Positions 20,166-30,153 of a stretch of DNA of 64,000 bases are shown here, in pieces; position 1 is the stretch's first letter; each line of letters begins with the position of its first letter. The stretch spans positions 2,304,001 through 2,368,000 of the forward strand of contig OZ244197.1 of NCBI GenBank assembly GCA_965216785.1, given 5' to 3'. The position numbers and the translations under genes are program-made. This DNA is from Thermodesulfobacteriota bacterium. Its GTDB lineage: Bacteria > Desulfobacterota_D > UBA1144 > Nemesobacterales > UBA2774. Under the pieces are notes generated by a model that was not told the DNA's origin, ran no database searches, and saw only the letters and a program-made list of their open reading frames with translations.

Positions 20166-21821
20166 ATGCTCCTTGGACTCAGCCTTAAGAATTTCACTAT
20201 AATAGACGACATTTCCGTAAGCTTTACATCCGGACTCAATATAATTACGGGTGAGACCGGTGCGGGAAAGTCTATAATCATAGACGCGGTAAATATCATC
20301 CTCGGTGAAAAGGCCTCCCCGGATCTCATAAAAACGGACGCCGATGAGTCAAGGATCGAGGCCCTCTTCGATATTTCCTCATATCCCGTCATAAAAGAAA
20401 GACTTTTGTCCTCAGGGTTTGACGCCCCAGGAGACGAGCTTTTGATTAAACGCGTAATCTATCGTAAGGGCCGCACGAGGGTGCATATAAACGGCGAGAC
20501 CGCTACGCTGTCTATTCTAGAGCATGTAACAGAGGGCCTTATAGACGTTTTCAGTCAGCACGAGCATCAGACTCTGTTAAAGAAAGATAGCCACCTGAGA
20601 GTGCTCGATGACCTTGGTGGTCATGGAAAAGAGCTGAGAGGTTTAAGTGATATCTATACAAGACACAGGGAATTGAGCGCAGAGCTCAGGAAAATGAGTG
20701 ATGATGTTAGAGGTCTTTCGGAAAAAGAAGACTTTCTTAAATTCCAGCTCGATGAGATACAAAAGAGCGCCCTTAGACCGGGGGAAGACCAAGAGCTCGA
20801 GACGGAGAAACTTAGACTCCTTAACAGTGAAAAACTCTTATCCGCAACTAAGTCCGCGTATGAAGAGATTTATGAAAACGAGCCCTCTTTAAGCGGAAGG
20901 CTCAAGAGCTTGACCGCGGAGATTTTTGAGGCGGGAAAAATAGATGAGCCGCTCGGCAATATAGCCCGCGCCCTAGAGAATGCTATTTTACAGATAGAAG
21001 AAGCCTCCTTTACTCTTCGTGACTACGCCTCCGAGCTCAGCTTTGACACAGGGAGGCTTGATGAAATCGAGGAAAGGTTGAGGGACATAGCCGAGCTCAA
21101 AAGAAAGTACGGCGACACTATAAACGATATTTTAAAGAAAAGTGAAGGGATAGAAAAAGAACTCTCTTCCATTACCAATTACGACGAGCAATTACAAGAG
21201 CTTAGAAACAAGCTCGTTGATGCTGAAAAAATCTATTATAAAAATGCCGCTGAGTTATCTGAAAAAAGAAAGAAAGCTGGAGTCTCATTACAAAGAGTGC
21301 TTCAAAAAGAGCTGGGAAAGGTGGGTATAAAGGGGGCGCGGTTTACGGCGGAGTTCACGCAAAAAGATATGTCCTCAAACGGTATTGACGACGTTACTTT
21401 TCTGTTCTCGGCAAACCCGGACGAGGACCCGAAGCCCCTTTCTAGAGTAGCTTCGGGAGGGGAGCTCTCCCGCATAATGCTCGTACTTAAAGAGGCTATT
21501 GCCAGGACCGAGGGGGGCTCGGTAATAATATTCGACGAGGCGGACTCGGGCATCGGCGGGGCGGTGGCCGAAACGGTGGGAGAGAAGATAAAGAATTTAT
21601 CTGATCCCTATCAGGTCATATGCATCACTCACCTCCCGCAGGTCGCAAAGTTCGGCGACTCGCACCTGCTCGTGACTAAAACGCTAAAAGACGGCAAGAC
21701 CAGCGTCAGTGTAAATAACCTGGACGACAGTGAGAGGGTTCAGGAGCTCGCCCGGATGATAGGGGGCCTCAAGGTCACACAGAAAACTCTAGACGCGGCG
21801 CACGAAATGTTGGGAAGATAA
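20166..21821 (+). CDS. recN: DNA repair protein RecN
   Basis: 'TGETGAGKS', coiled coil, 'ASGGELSR', 'IFDEADSGIGG', 'CITHLPQVA'. Confidence 0.96.
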   Translation: MLLGLSLKNFTIIDDISVSFTSGLNIITGETGAGKSIIIDAVNIILGEKASPDLIKTDADESRIEALFDISSYPVIKERLLSSGFDAPGDELLIKRVIYRKGRTRVHINGETATLSILEHVTEGLIDVFSQHEHQTLLKKDSHLRVLDDLGGHGKELRGLSDIYTRHRELSAELRKMSDDVRGLSEKEDFLKFQLDEIQKSALRPGEDQELETEKLRLLNSEKLLSATKSAYEEIYENEPSLSGRLKSLTAEIFEAGKIDEPLGNIARALENAILQIEEASFTLRDYASELSFDTGRLDEIEERLRDIAELKRKYGDTINDILKKSEGIEKELSSITNYDEQLQELRNKLVDAEKIYYKNAAELSEKRKKAGVSLQRVLQKELGKVGIKGARFTAEFTQKDMSSNGIDDVTFLFSANPDEDPKPLSRVASGGELSRIMLVLKEAIARTEGGSVIIFDEADSGIGGAVAETVGEKIKNLSDPYQVICITHLPQVAKFGDSHLLVTKTLKDGKTSVSVNNLDDSERVQELARMIGGLKVTQKTLDAAHEMLGR

Positions 21822-21907
21822 CCTAAATTTATCAAAATGAGACTATAATTTAGATTTAGCTGTAACAGACTGAAAATAAGAGAACGCATGTTAAAAGGTA
21901 ATCCACT

Positions 21908-22786
21908 ATGAAAGGGATAATATTAGCCGGGGGGGCGGGCACCAGGCTTCACCCTATAACCCGCGCCGTAAGTAAGCAGCTCCTGCCGATATACGACAAG
22001 CCGATGATCTACTACCCGCTGTCTGTGCTCATGGTTGCGGGTATAAGAGAGGTGTTGATAATCTCCACTCCTAAGGACCTCCCCAGGTTCCGTGAGCTAT
22101 TCGGCGACGGGTCTCACCTGGGGCTTCAAATCACATACGCAGAGCAGCCGAGCCCTAACGGGCTGGCGGAGGCGTTTATTATTGGCAGAGAGTTTATAGG
22201 CGGCGATACCGTATGCCTCATACTGGGAGATAACCTCTTCTATGGTCAAGGGCTTTCAGAGCTGCTACAAAAGTGCAGAAGATTAAGATCGGGCGGCATT
22301 GTGTTCGGTTATCCGGTAAAAGACCCCGAGCGTTACGGCGTAGTGGAGCTTGACGAGCTCGGAAACGTTATCGGTATATCTGAGAAACCCCAGCATCCAA
22401 AATCACGCTACGCGATCACAGGGCTATATTTCTACGATAACGACGTTGTGGATATTGCTTCATCCTTAAAGCCCTCAGCCCGTGGCGAGCTTGAGATTAC
22501 CGATGTTAACCTCGAGTACCTAGACAGGGGTACTCTGGCCGTTGAGCTTTTGGGCAGAGGGTATTCATGGCTTGATACCGGCACACACGACTCGCTGCAG
22601 CAGGCGGCAAGCTACATTCAGACCATTCAGGAGCGCCAGGGCTTTAAGATCGCCTGTATAGAAGAGATCGCTTACACAAAGGGTTTTATAGACTCTTCGG
22701 GCCTTCAAAAAATTGCACGCTCCATGTCAGGCACAGAATACGGGCAATATCTGATGGAAATACTAAAAGAGGAAGAGAATTCATGA
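21908..22786 (+). CDS. rfbA: Glucose-1-phosphate thymidylyltransferase
   Basis: '[16 protein letters not shown]', '[17 protein letters not shown]', 'WLDTGT'. Confidence 0.96.
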   Translation: MKGIILAGGAGTRLHPITRAVSKQLLPIYDKPMIYYPLSVLMVAGIREVLIISTPKDLPRFRELFGDGSHLGLQITYAEQPSPNGLAEAFIIGREFIGGDTVCLILGDNLFYGQGLSELLQKCRRLRSGGIVFGYPVKDPERYGVVELDELGNVIGISEKPQHPKSRYAITGLYFYDNDVVDIASSLKPSARGELEITDVNLEYLDRGTLAVELLGRGYSWLDTGTHDSLQQAASYIQTIQERQGFKIACIEEIAYTKGFIDSSGLQKIARSMSGTEYGQYLMEILKEEENS

Positions 22787-23352
22787 GCTTAAGCATAAAA
22801 GAGACAACGCTCCCGGGAGTAGTAATCATAGAATCGGAAATGTACTCAGACAGGCGCGGGTATTTCAGAGAGCTTTATCACAAGGAAAAATATTCCTCGC
22901 TCGGTTTAGACAAAGAGTTTGTACAAGATAACCATTCGCATTCTGTAAAAGGAGCGCTAAGGGGTCTTCACTACCAGCTCAAGAACTCTCAGGACAAGCT
23001 GATTACGGTGCTGACGGGCAAGATATTCGACGTTATAGTAGACATCAGAGCGGGTTCGCCCGACTTCGGGAAATGGTACGGCGTGTACCTGTCCTCGGAA
23101 AAAAATCATCAGATTTATATACCCGGGGGTTTTGCTCATGGGTTTTGTGTCCTGAGCGATACGGCAGACGTAGTATATAAATGTACGGATTTTTATTTCC
23201 CTGACGATGAGTACGGTCTTCTGTGGTCGGATGAGGACTTAAATATCGACTGGCCTGTTTCGGAACCGGTTGTCTCTGATAAAGACTGTGCTCACTTAGA
23301 GCTAAAGAATATAGACACAAAGTATCTGCCTATCTATAAGGGGTTGGGTTAA
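22783..23352 (+). CDS. rfbC: dTDP-4-dehydrorhamnose 3,5-epimerase
   Basis: 'DRRGYF', 'QDNHS', 'LRGLHYQ', '[10 protein letters not shown]'. Confidence 0.95.
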   Translation: MSLSIKETTLPGVVIIESEMYSDRRGYFRELYHKEKYSSLGLDKEFVQDNHSHSVKGALRGLHYQLKNSQDKLITVLTGKIFDVIVDIRAGSPDFGKWYGVYLSSEKNHQIYIPGGFAHGFCVLSDTADVVYKCTDFYFPDDEYGLLWSDEDLNIDWPVSEPVVSDKDCAHLELKNIDTKYLPIYKGLG

Positions 23353-23357
23353 AATAT

Positions 23358-23534
23358 ATGGGGACAGAGGCTGGGGGCAGCCGGGAGTGCGTAGCACGAT
23401 CCGGGGGAATAAAGTCAGAAAGTGCGATGCCGGGGAATTAATAGTGTGGACGGAGGCGAGCGCTTCACAGCGATGCCGGGGAGTTAATAGTGTGGACGGA
23501 GGCGAGCGCTTCACAGCGATGCCGGGGAATTAAT
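23358..23534 (+). repeat. Intergenic repeat family locus A: one long unit plus two 46-bp tandem units
   Basis: Long unit ATGGGGACAGAGGCTGGGGGCAGCCGGGAGTGCGTAGCACGATCCGG..., then 2x TGTGGACGGAGGCGAGCGCTTCACAGCGATGCCGGGGA(G/A)TTAAT. Confidence 0.9.
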
Positions 23535-23538
23535 CAAC

Positions 23539-24591
23539 ATGAAAAACTTACTCATAACCGGGGGCTCCGGGTTTATCGGGCTCAATTTTATCAGATTCCT
23601 GCTCACGGAAACAGATTTTCAGGGGCGAATTATAAACTTCGACAAGCTCACGTACGCGGCCAACCCAGAGAGCCTAATAGACATTAGAGAGAATTTCCCG
23701 GACAGGTATGTATTTATCAGGGGGGATATCGCCGACAGCGCCAGGCTTGAATCGGCATTCGATTCCTATTGTGTCGATGTGGTATGCCACTTTGCCGCAG
23801 AGTCACACGTAGACCGCTCAATCGCGGGTCCGGGAGAATTTATCACAACAAATATTATCGGCACCTATAATCTCCTGGAGGCGGTAAGGGAAAGGCACGA
23901 CCGGATCGAGCTATTCCATCACATCAGCACAGACGAGGTGTACGGTAGTTTAGGGGAAGAGGGCTATTTTACAGAGGCCACCGGCTATTCACCAAGCAGT
24001 CCGTACTCCGCCTCTAAAGCCTCCTCCGATCATTTAGTCAGAGCCTACCACAAAACCTATGGTGTACCGGTAAAGGTATCCAACTGCTCTAACAACTACG
24101 GCCCCTATCAGTTCCCGGAAAAGCTCATACCGCTTATTATTCTAAACGCGCTCGAGGAAAAACCGCTCCCTGTATACGGAGACGGAAAAAATGTAAGAGA
24201 CTGGCTCTTTGTGCGCGATCACTGCACGGCGGTGTGGGAGATTATGAAGCGCGGAGCTATAGGCCAAACCTACAATATCGGCGGCTCGGGAGAGCTGGAG
24301 AATATAAAAGTCGTAGAGACAATTTGCGATCTGATTGACAACATCTCCGGCAAGCCCGATTCCGTTAACTCCAGAAGAGAGCTTATAACTTATGTAGAGG
24401 ACCGCCCGGGTCACGACAGGCGCTACGCCATAGATTCGGCAAAGCTAAAAGCCGAGCTTGACTGGGAGCCCGAGGAGACTTTTTCAAGCGGACTGCTTAA
24501 AACCGTAAACTGGTATCTGGATAATCCCGACTGGGTACAGCACGTGCGCTCAGGCGAATACCTTGAGTGGATAGAAAATCACTACGGTTAA
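23539..24591 (+). CDS. rfbB: dTDP-glucose 4,6-dehydratase
   Basis: TGGSGFIG, '[12 protein letters not shown]', 'STDEVYG', 'YSASKAS', '[17 protein letters not shown]', '[12 protein letters not shown]'. Confidence 0.96.
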   Translation: MKNLLITGGSGFIGLNFIRFLLTETDFQGRIINFDKLTYAANPESLIDIRENFPDRYVFIRGDIADSARLESAFDSYCVDVVCHFAAESHVDRSIAGPGEFITTNIIGTYNLLEAVRERHDRIELFHHISTDEVYGSLGEEGYFTEATGYSPSSPYSASKASSDHLVRAYHKTYGVPVKVSNCSNNYGPYQFPEKLIPLIILNALEEKPLPVYGDGKNVRDWLFVRDHCTAVWEIMKRGAIGQTYNIGGSGELENIKVVETICDLIDNISGKPDSVNSRRELITYVEDRPGHDRRYAIDSAKLKAELDWEPEETFSSGLLKTVNWYLDNPDWVQHVRSGEYLEWIENHYG

Positions 24592-24597
24592 GAGAGC

Positions 24598-24832
24598 ACG
24601 GGGACAGAGGCGAGTGCTTCACAGTGATGCCCGCCGGAATAAAATTATGGGGACAGAGGCGAGCGCTTCACAGCGATGCCCGCCGGAATAAAATTATGGG
24701 GACAGAGGCGAGCGCTTCACAGCGATGCCCGCCGGAATAAAATTATGGGGACAGAGGCTGGGGGCAGCCGGGAGTGCGTAGCACGATCCGGGGGAGTAAA
24801 GTCAGAAAGTGCGATGCCGGGGGAATTAATAG
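24598..24832 (+). repeat. Intergenic repeat family locus B: three 49-bp tandem units plus one long unit
   Basis: 3x (AT)GGGGACAGAGGCGAGCGCTTCACAGCGATGCCCGCCGGAATAAAATT starting at 24598, 24647 and 24696; long unit from 24745 is near-identical to the one at 23358. Confidence 0.92.
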
Positions 24833-25381
24833 TTACTGATAGCTTGCGAACACCACAGCGGCTACAACAGTTGTCCAAAGCCCGTTCTTATTTCCGACCG
24901 CTGTTTTTGTAATATTTTTTGTTCTTACAATGTGCCCGCTGATCTTCCAGATATCCTTTTGCTCGTCATAACTCTTGTCCGGATCAAAGGGAGCGCCGAT
25001 AGTTGTAGCCAGCATATATGCCGCCAGGTCCTCCGCGTACTCTCCCGCTACAGTGTCGTTTTCTCCGTAGCTGTGGTGCTCTGATATATAGCCGTGACGG
25101 CTATGTTCCTTTGGTATGGCAATCCCTGCGGAAGCGGCTATAAGCCTGTTGGGCTCGTTCGTCGCGTTCTCGCTCATCACTACATAAACGATCTCACCCG
25201 GACTGAGCGATTTAAGACCCTTTGCCCTGGGTACCAGAGTGCAGTTGGGCGGGAATATGCTCGATACTTTCACTAGATTAAACTCAGCGATCTTAGCGTC
25301 CCTGAGCGCCATCTCAAAACTGGTCAGCTTCTCTTTATGCTTCCCCACACCCTTAGTTATAAATGCGGTCTTTGGTACCAA
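24833..25381 (-). CDS. pdaD: Pyruvoyl-dependent arginine decarboxylase
   Basis: 'LTSFEMALRDAKIAEFNLVKVSSIFPP' (Ser-Ser self-cleavage site), 'GYISEHH', 'AEDLAAYMLATT'; TTG start with GGAGG. Confidence 0.88.
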   Translation of the reverse strand: MVPKTAFITKGVGKHKEKLTSFEMALRDAKIAEFNLVKVSSIFPPNCTLVPRAKGLKSLSPGEIVYVVMSENATNEPNRLIAASAGIAIPKEHSRHGYISEHHSYGENDTVAGEYAEDLAAYMLATTIGAPFDPDKSYDEQKDIWKISGHIVRTKNITKTAVGNKNGLWTTVVAAVVFASYQ

Positions 25382-25424
25382 ATTAATAATCCTCCGTTAT
25401 TTAATTCTTACTTTGCAATTTTCT

Positions 25425-25524
25425 AATTTTATTCCTGCTCCGGCATCGCTGTGAAGCGCTTGCCTCCGTCCTCTTGATTTTATTCCTGCGGGCATCGCTG
25501 TGAGGCGCTCGCCTCTGTCCCCAT
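25425..25524 (-). repeat. Intergenic repeat family locus C: two units on the minus strand
   Basis: Reverse complement reads ATGGGGACAGAGGCGAGCGCCTCACAGCGATGCCCGCAGGAATAAAA... GGACGGAGGCAAGCGCTTCACAGCGATGCCGG. Confidence 0.88.
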
Positions 25525-25716
25525 ATAAATTAGCCTGATATTCTAACAGGTATTCGTGTAATTTCTATGAAGATTTTTATCGCTGGCATAATTTGGCAAA
25601 TTCCGACAATTACGGGTCCGGGCAAGCCCCCTTGAAAACCCCGATTCCGTGCATAAATTAAAATTGTAGGAAGTTATCAGGAAGTTTAGAGAAACAATTG
25701 CGCGAGGTAATCAAAC

Positions 25717-25935
25717 ATGACAATGAGAATTCAAGAATTTACTGTTGAGCCTGTTTGCGACTGCCCGCCGGGTACAGTGGGTTATAACAAAGAAGCTCAT
25801 ATGAAAGATACGCATGGTCCCATAACTTATTGGGACGTATATCTTGATGATAAAAGAATATCGACCGCCTCAACAAGAGAGCAGGCGGAGAAAACCAGAG
25901 ACTGGACCAAAAATTGGCTAGCTGGTGAAGTTTAA
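25717..25935 (+). CDS. Small hypothetical protein (CxC and His residues)
   Basis: GAGG RBS, plausible composition, terminator downstream. Confidence 0.6.
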   Translation: MTMRIQEFTVEPVCDCPPGTVGYNKEAHMKDTHGPITYWDVYLDDKRISTASTREQAEKTRDWTKNWLAGEV

Positions 25936-25965
25936 TTAAAGAAAAAATGCCATCCATCCTCCTTT

Positions 25966-26009
25966 AAACCGCGCTGTAGTCTGTAACGGACCTCAGTGCG
26001 GTTTTTTTT
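25966..26009 (+). terminator. Rho-independent terminator
   Basis: AAACCGCGCTG ... CAGTGCGGTTT followed by a T-run. Confidence 0.65.
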
Positions 26010-26136
26010 ATGTCATTTCGATTATACATTCCAATTTAAGTGCCTTATTTGCCCACTCGGTGTATTTGCTGTTTTGATCACTCAAAAGAAGGAGAGTATA
26101 GTATTCCCTCATTACGGAATTGTCGGAGACACTACA

Positions 26137-27171
26137 GTGAGAGCAGCGGTAACAGGCGGAACAGGATTCATAGGCGGAAAACTGGTCGAAGCGCTAGTGC
26201 GCGAAGGTTTTGAGGTCCGCTGCCTTGTTAGAGAAACGAGCGATACTACAAAATTAAAAGAGCTCGGCATTGAGCTCTTTAAGGGAGATTTGGGAGATAC
26301 CAAAGCGCTGGAAAAGCTTCCGCAAGGCGCTGACGTCGTCTTCAACCTCGCAGCGCTCGTGTCCGACTGGGGCTCTAAAGAGGATTTTTTCCGCTACAAT
26401 GTAGACGCAACCAAAACCCTGCTCGATGCCTCAGTCTCCTCAGGCGTAAAAAGATTTATCCACATGAGCTCTTCCACAGTTATATGGAAGTCTGACTTCT
26501 GGAACATTCACAACCTCGTAGACGTAGACGAAACATACCCCTACCGTGAGCGCTATAACGACAATTACAACGCCTCCAAAGCGGAAGCGGAAAAACTGGT
26601 GCTTAGCTACAACAACCCAGGGGAGCTTGAGACTGTTGTAATTAGACCCTCAAACGTATGGGGCGCGGGAGATACCGTAATACTGCCGCGCGTCGCTATG
26701 GCCGCGAAAAAGGGCATACTGATACCCATGGGCGGCGGACTAAAGACCGTAACTCCCTGCCACGTCGATAACCTCACGCAGGCTCTTGTTCTCTGCGTGG
26801 ATAACGAGAACGCCCCCGGCAATATCTACTTCATAAACGACGGGATTAAAATTGGCTATATGGACTTCATTGACGGACAGCTAAGAGCGTCCGGCATAGA
26901 ATGGAAGCCCGGGTTTTCCATTCCCTACAAAGTGGCCTACGTCATGGCCGCCGCGATGGAAGCCGTATTTAAGATCATGAAATCAAAAAAGCCTCCGGTG
27001 CTAACCCGTTTTGCCGTTGCGGCGCTTGCAGGGAGCAGGAGCTACTCGATAAATAAGGCCAGGAATGATCTTGGTTATTCCCCTTCAGCCGATATGGCCC
27101 GGGGATTTAAGGAAATGGAGGATTGGATAAAGGAGATAGGCGGTACAGAGGCGCTTCTTAATTACGTATAA
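26137..27171 (+). CDS. NAD-dependent epimerase/3-beta-hydroxysteroid dehydrogenase-like extended SDR
   Basis: 'VTGGTGFIG', 'YNASKAEAE', 'IRPSNVWGAGD'; GTG start after GGAG. Confidence 0.82.
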   Translation: MRAAVTGGTGFIGGKLVEALVREGFEVRCLVRETSDTTKLKELGIELFKGDLGDTKALEKLPQGADVVFNLAALVSDWGSKEDFFRYNVDATKTLLDASVSSGVKRFIHMSSSTVIWKSDFWNIHNLVDVDETYPYRERYNDNYNASKAEAEKLVLSYNNPGELETVVIRPSNVWGAGDTVILPRVAMAAKKGILIPMGGGLKTVTPCHVDNLTQALVLCVDNENAPGNIYFINDGIKIGYMDFIDGQLRASGIEWKPGFSIPYKVAYVMAAAMEAVFKIMKSKKPPVLTRFAVAALAGSRSYSINKARNDLGYSPSADMARGFKEMEDWIKEIGGTEALLNYV

Positions 27172-27175
27172 CATT

Positions 27176-27901
27176 ATGACGGACAACCGGGACAATTCTA
27201 ATTACGATATAGCCGCGCGGGCCCTCACCAAAACTTTCGGCAGCTTCGACGCGCTTAAAGGCATAGACCTGTTTCTGAAAAAAGGTGAGTTCGTTACCCT
27301 GTTCGGTCCGAACGGAGCGGGTAAGACGACTCTTATAAAGCTCCTCTCGACTCTTGCTAAACCTACTTCCGGGACTCTCACGGTCGCCGGGCACGACGCC
27401 TCGAAAGAGGCCGGGAAAGTAAGGGCCTCAGTAGGAGTCATATCCCACGACCCGTATCTCTACGAAAACCTGAGCGCGTTTGAGAATATAAAATTCTTCG
27501 GCGAGATGTACGGCGTCTCTGATACCGATACAAGGGCGGCTGAGCTTATAGACCTCATTGGCCTTGGGGCAAGGACGCACGATCTTGTTAGAACCTTCTC
27601 CCGGGGCATGAAACAGCGCCTCTCCGTTGCAAGGTCCATTGTGCACGACCCCAGGGTACTGCTATTGGACGAGCCCTACACGGGGCTTGACCAAAAGGGC
27701 GCTCGCATTTTCGGAGACACTCTCAAGTGGCTCAAGTCCCACGAGCGGACTATTTTGATGACCACGCATAATATCGACGAAGGCCTACAGCTAAGCGACA
27801 GGGTAGGGATCATGACCTCCGGGAAAATCGTATACGAAGGCCCGGCCTCAGATTTAAACAACGACAGCTTCAAAGACCTATATTTAACCCACGTTGAGTA
27901 G
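27176..27901 (+). CDS. ccmA: Heme ABC exporter ATP-binding subunit
   Basis: GPNGAGKTT, 'FSRGMKQRL', 'LLLDEPYTGLD'; ccm context. Confidence 0.85.
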   Translation: MTDNRDNSNYDIAARALTKTFGSFDALKGIDLFLKKGEFVTLFGPNGAGKTTLIKLLSTLAKPTSGTLTVAGHDASKEAGKVRASVGVISHDPYLYENLSAFENIKFFGEMYGVSDTDTRAAELIDLIGLGARTHDLVRTFSRGMKQRLSVARSIVHDPRVLLLDEPYTGLDQKGARIFGDTLKWLKSHERTILMTTHNIDEGLQLSDRVGIMTSGKIVYEGPASDLNNDSFKDLYLTHVE

Positions 27902-27907
27902 TACACC

Positions 27908-27944
27908 GTCATTGCAAGGCTCCAAAAGGAGCCGCGGCAATCTC
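27908..27944. repeat. REP/RPE-like palindrome
   Basis: GTCATTGC-AA-GGCTCC-AAAA-GGAGCC-GCG-GCAATCTC; same termini as the 5124 element. Confidence 0.65.
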
Positions 27945-28019
27945 ATCATTATTTATTTCCACGAAACCCAATCCCACCTCCTGCATCTTAATTAATATCT
28001 ACGGAATAAGGAGGGTATT

Positions 28020-28517
28020 ATGAAAAAGCTTTTCACGGTTTTCATGATCTTAGTAGCAGTAAGCTTCCTATACGTAGAGAAGGGAAATGCTGAAGATTCC
28101 ATGGAGAAAGCAAAGGCTCTATGGGATATGATGCAGAGTGAAAAATATCAAGAGACCTGGGCGCTGTTCCCCGGGAAAGGGAAATTATATAAAGGAACCG
28201 AGCCTCACGGCATGCTGCTCACGACCTATGTGAACACCGCTGCCGATGAGGGGCTTAAATCGGGCAAAAAGGAGCTCCCGAAAGGCTCTATTTTGATTAA
28301 GGAGAATTACATGCCGGACAAGACGCTCGCCGCCATCACGGTCATGGATAAGACCGGTGAGGGCAAGGACGACTGGTTCTGGGTCAAGTACAACCCGGAC
28401 GGCACAGTCGCAAAGAAAGGCGATATGGCGCTTGCGGGCACGCCGGGCGGATGTGTCGGATGTCACGCGGCTTCAACGAGCGGAGTCCATAACATCATGA
28501 CGGGGCTTCCCGAGTAA
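28020..28517 (+). CDS. Periplasmic cytochrome P460/c'-beta family protein
   Basis: Signal peptide, 'PHG...TYVN', 'LPKGSILIKENY', 'DWFWVKY', C-terminal CVGCH heme motif. Confidence 0.78.
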   Translation: MKKLFTVFMILVAVSFLYVEKGNAEDSMEKAKALWDMMQSEKYQETWALFPGKGKLYKGTEPHGMLLTTYVNTAADEGLKSGKKELPKGSILIKENYMPDKTLAAITVMDKTGEGKDDWFWVKYNPDGTVAKKGDMALAGTPGGCVGCHAASTSGVHNIMTGLPE

Positions 28518-28619
28518 TTTCGCCTGAGAAGACGGTATAGAATTATTTTAAGAGAGTAAGTGTGATTTTATTTTTGCTAAGGTAGAAAATTAGGCTTTAT
28601 GTATTCCCTTCTCTTGTAG

Positions 28620-28657
28620 AGGCGGTGGGTTCTGAAAGGCTCTCACCGCCTTTTTTT
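28620..28657 (+). terminator. Rho-independent terminator
   Basis: AGGCGGTG ... CACCGCCT followed by a T-run. Confidence 0.75.
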
Positions 28658-28728
28658 ATTATGTTTGGCTCTTCGCTGCATAGTGCTCCCTGTAACATGT
28701 TCTCAATCTGTTATAATACTCCTCGGCC

Positions 28729-29400
28729 ATGCGTAAAATCTGGGCAATAATTAAAAAAGACATAATAACCGAGCTAAGGACAAAGGAGCTTTTCACCTCA
28801 ATGCTCACGTTCGCGCTCCTTGTGATAGTCATCTTCAACTTCGCATTCGGTTTTGCTCCCGGTGTGCTTAACCTTGCCGCGCCGGCTATGCTCTGGATAG
28901 CTTTTACATTCGCGGGCGTTCTCGGGCTCAGCCGCTCTTTCGCGCTAGAGAAAGAAGGCAGCGCGATTTTGGGACTCCTTCTCACCCCAACCGATAGGAG
29001 CCTGATTTATTTCGGCAAGATGATCAGCAATACAGTATTTGTATTCATCACCGGGCTTATCATAGTCCCCATGTTCGTTATTTTCTTTAACTACAATTTC
29101 ATTGACACCTTGCTTCCGCTTATCCCTGTCATATTTCTTGGCTCCGTTGGATTTGTCGCGGTGGGTACTTTGTTTTCCGCAATGGCCATAAATACGAAAT
29201 TAAGAGAGGTACTGCTTCCAATACTTCTATTCCCCATTATTATTCCGGTCATTGTCGGAGCCGTGAAGCTCAGCACCCAGGCGCTTTCGGGTGAATCCAT
29301 ACTCGAAGCACGCTCAGCTTTGCAACTCTTGGTGGCTTTCGATATAATCTTTCTCACTGCCTGCGCAGTTACATTTGAATACGTGATTGAGGAAACATAA
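28729..29400 (+). CDS. ccmB: Heme exporter membrane subunit
   Basis: 'IIKKDIITELRTKE', 'SFALEKE', 'REVLLPILLFPIIIPV'; multiple TM segments. Confidence 0.9.
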   Translation: MRKIWAIIKKDIITELRTKELFTSMLTFALLVIVIFNFAFGFAPGVLNLAAPAMLWIAFTFAGVLGLSRSFALEKEGSAILGLLLTPTDRSLIYFGKMISNTVFVFITGLIIVPMFVIFFNYNFIDTLLPLIPVIFLGSVGFVAVGTLFSAMAINTKLREVLLPILLFPIIIPVIVGAVKLSTQALSGESILEARSALQLLVAFDIIFLTACAVTFEYVIEET

Positions 29401-29482
29401 TGGGGACAGAGGCAGTGGGGACGGGCGGGAGTGCGAAGCACGATCCGGGGGTATTAATCTAGCAAACAGCGATACCTGGGAG
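29400..29482 (+). repeat. Intergenic repeat family locus D: diverged long unit
   Basis: ATGGGGACAGAGGC...GGGAGTGCGAAGCACGATCCGGGGG...CAGCGATACC between ccmB and ccmC. Confidence 0.75.
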
Positions 29483-29493
29483 TATAACAAAAA

Positions 29494-30153
29494 ATGAGAA
29501 TTGCACTAATAATAATTACTTTCATCACTATGGCGGCATCCCTGTATACCGCCTTCGTATACGCCCCAACGGAGCCTCTGATGGGTCACATACAAAGAAT
29601 CTTTTATTTCCATATGGGGACGGTTTGGGTGGCCACGGTGGCTTTCATCATAGTTTTTATAAGCTCCATATTGTATTTATGGAAAGGGACCCGAAAATGG
29701 GACATCCTCGCCTACTGCTCCGCGGAGCTTGGCGTGCTGTTCCTGACCCTTACGATTATCACGGGAAGTATATGGGCAAAACCCATTTGGGGCACCTGGT
29801 GGACATGGGACCCTCAGCTAACCACTACATTTATTCTTTGGATACTTTATATCGTGTATCTGGTGTTAAGGTCGTCTGCGGAAAATGACAGCAAGCGCGC
29901 GAAGTTCGCAGCCGTTTTCGGTATTATTGCCTTCATCGACTTGCCCCTGGTTTATCTCTCCGTCAGAGTGATGCGCGGGATCTCTCCTGTCGTATTCGGC
30001 CCCGGCGGGGGAGGGATAGAGCCTCAGATGATGCACGCTCTGCTGATCAACATGGCCGCCTTCTCCTTACTCTTCATAGTGCTTCTTCTGGAGCGGATAG
30101 ATCTTGAGCGTTTTCAGGACAAAATTACGCGTCTTAAGCTCAGTACTAGTTAG
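29494..30153 (+). CDS. ccmC: Cytochrome c biogenesis protein CcmC
   Basis: 'RIFYFH', WWD domain 'GSIWAKPIWGTWWTWDPQLT'. Confidence 0.9.
   Translation: MRIALIIITFITMAASLYTAFVYAPTEPLMGHIQRIFYFHMGTVWVATVAFIIVFISSILYLWKGTRKWDILAYCSAELGVLFLTLTIITGSIWAKPIWGTWWTWDPQLTTTFILWILYIVYLVLRSSAENDSKRAKFAAVFGIIAFIDLPLVYLSVRVMRGISPVVFGPGGGGIEPQMMHALLINMAAFSLLFIVLLLERIDLERFQDKITRLKLSTS

Noticed and set aside
24598-24832. CRISPR array
   Set aside because: Units are contiguous near-identical tandem copies with no unique spacers, and there are no cas genes in the window.
24676-24912. 78-aa ORF (also 23302-23514 and 23490-23687)
   Set aside because: These are translations of the repeat arrays that overlap real genes; no protein-like features.
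25583-25598. Sigma54 promoter TGGCATAATTTGGCA
   Set aside because: GG-to-GC spacing is 9, not the required 10.
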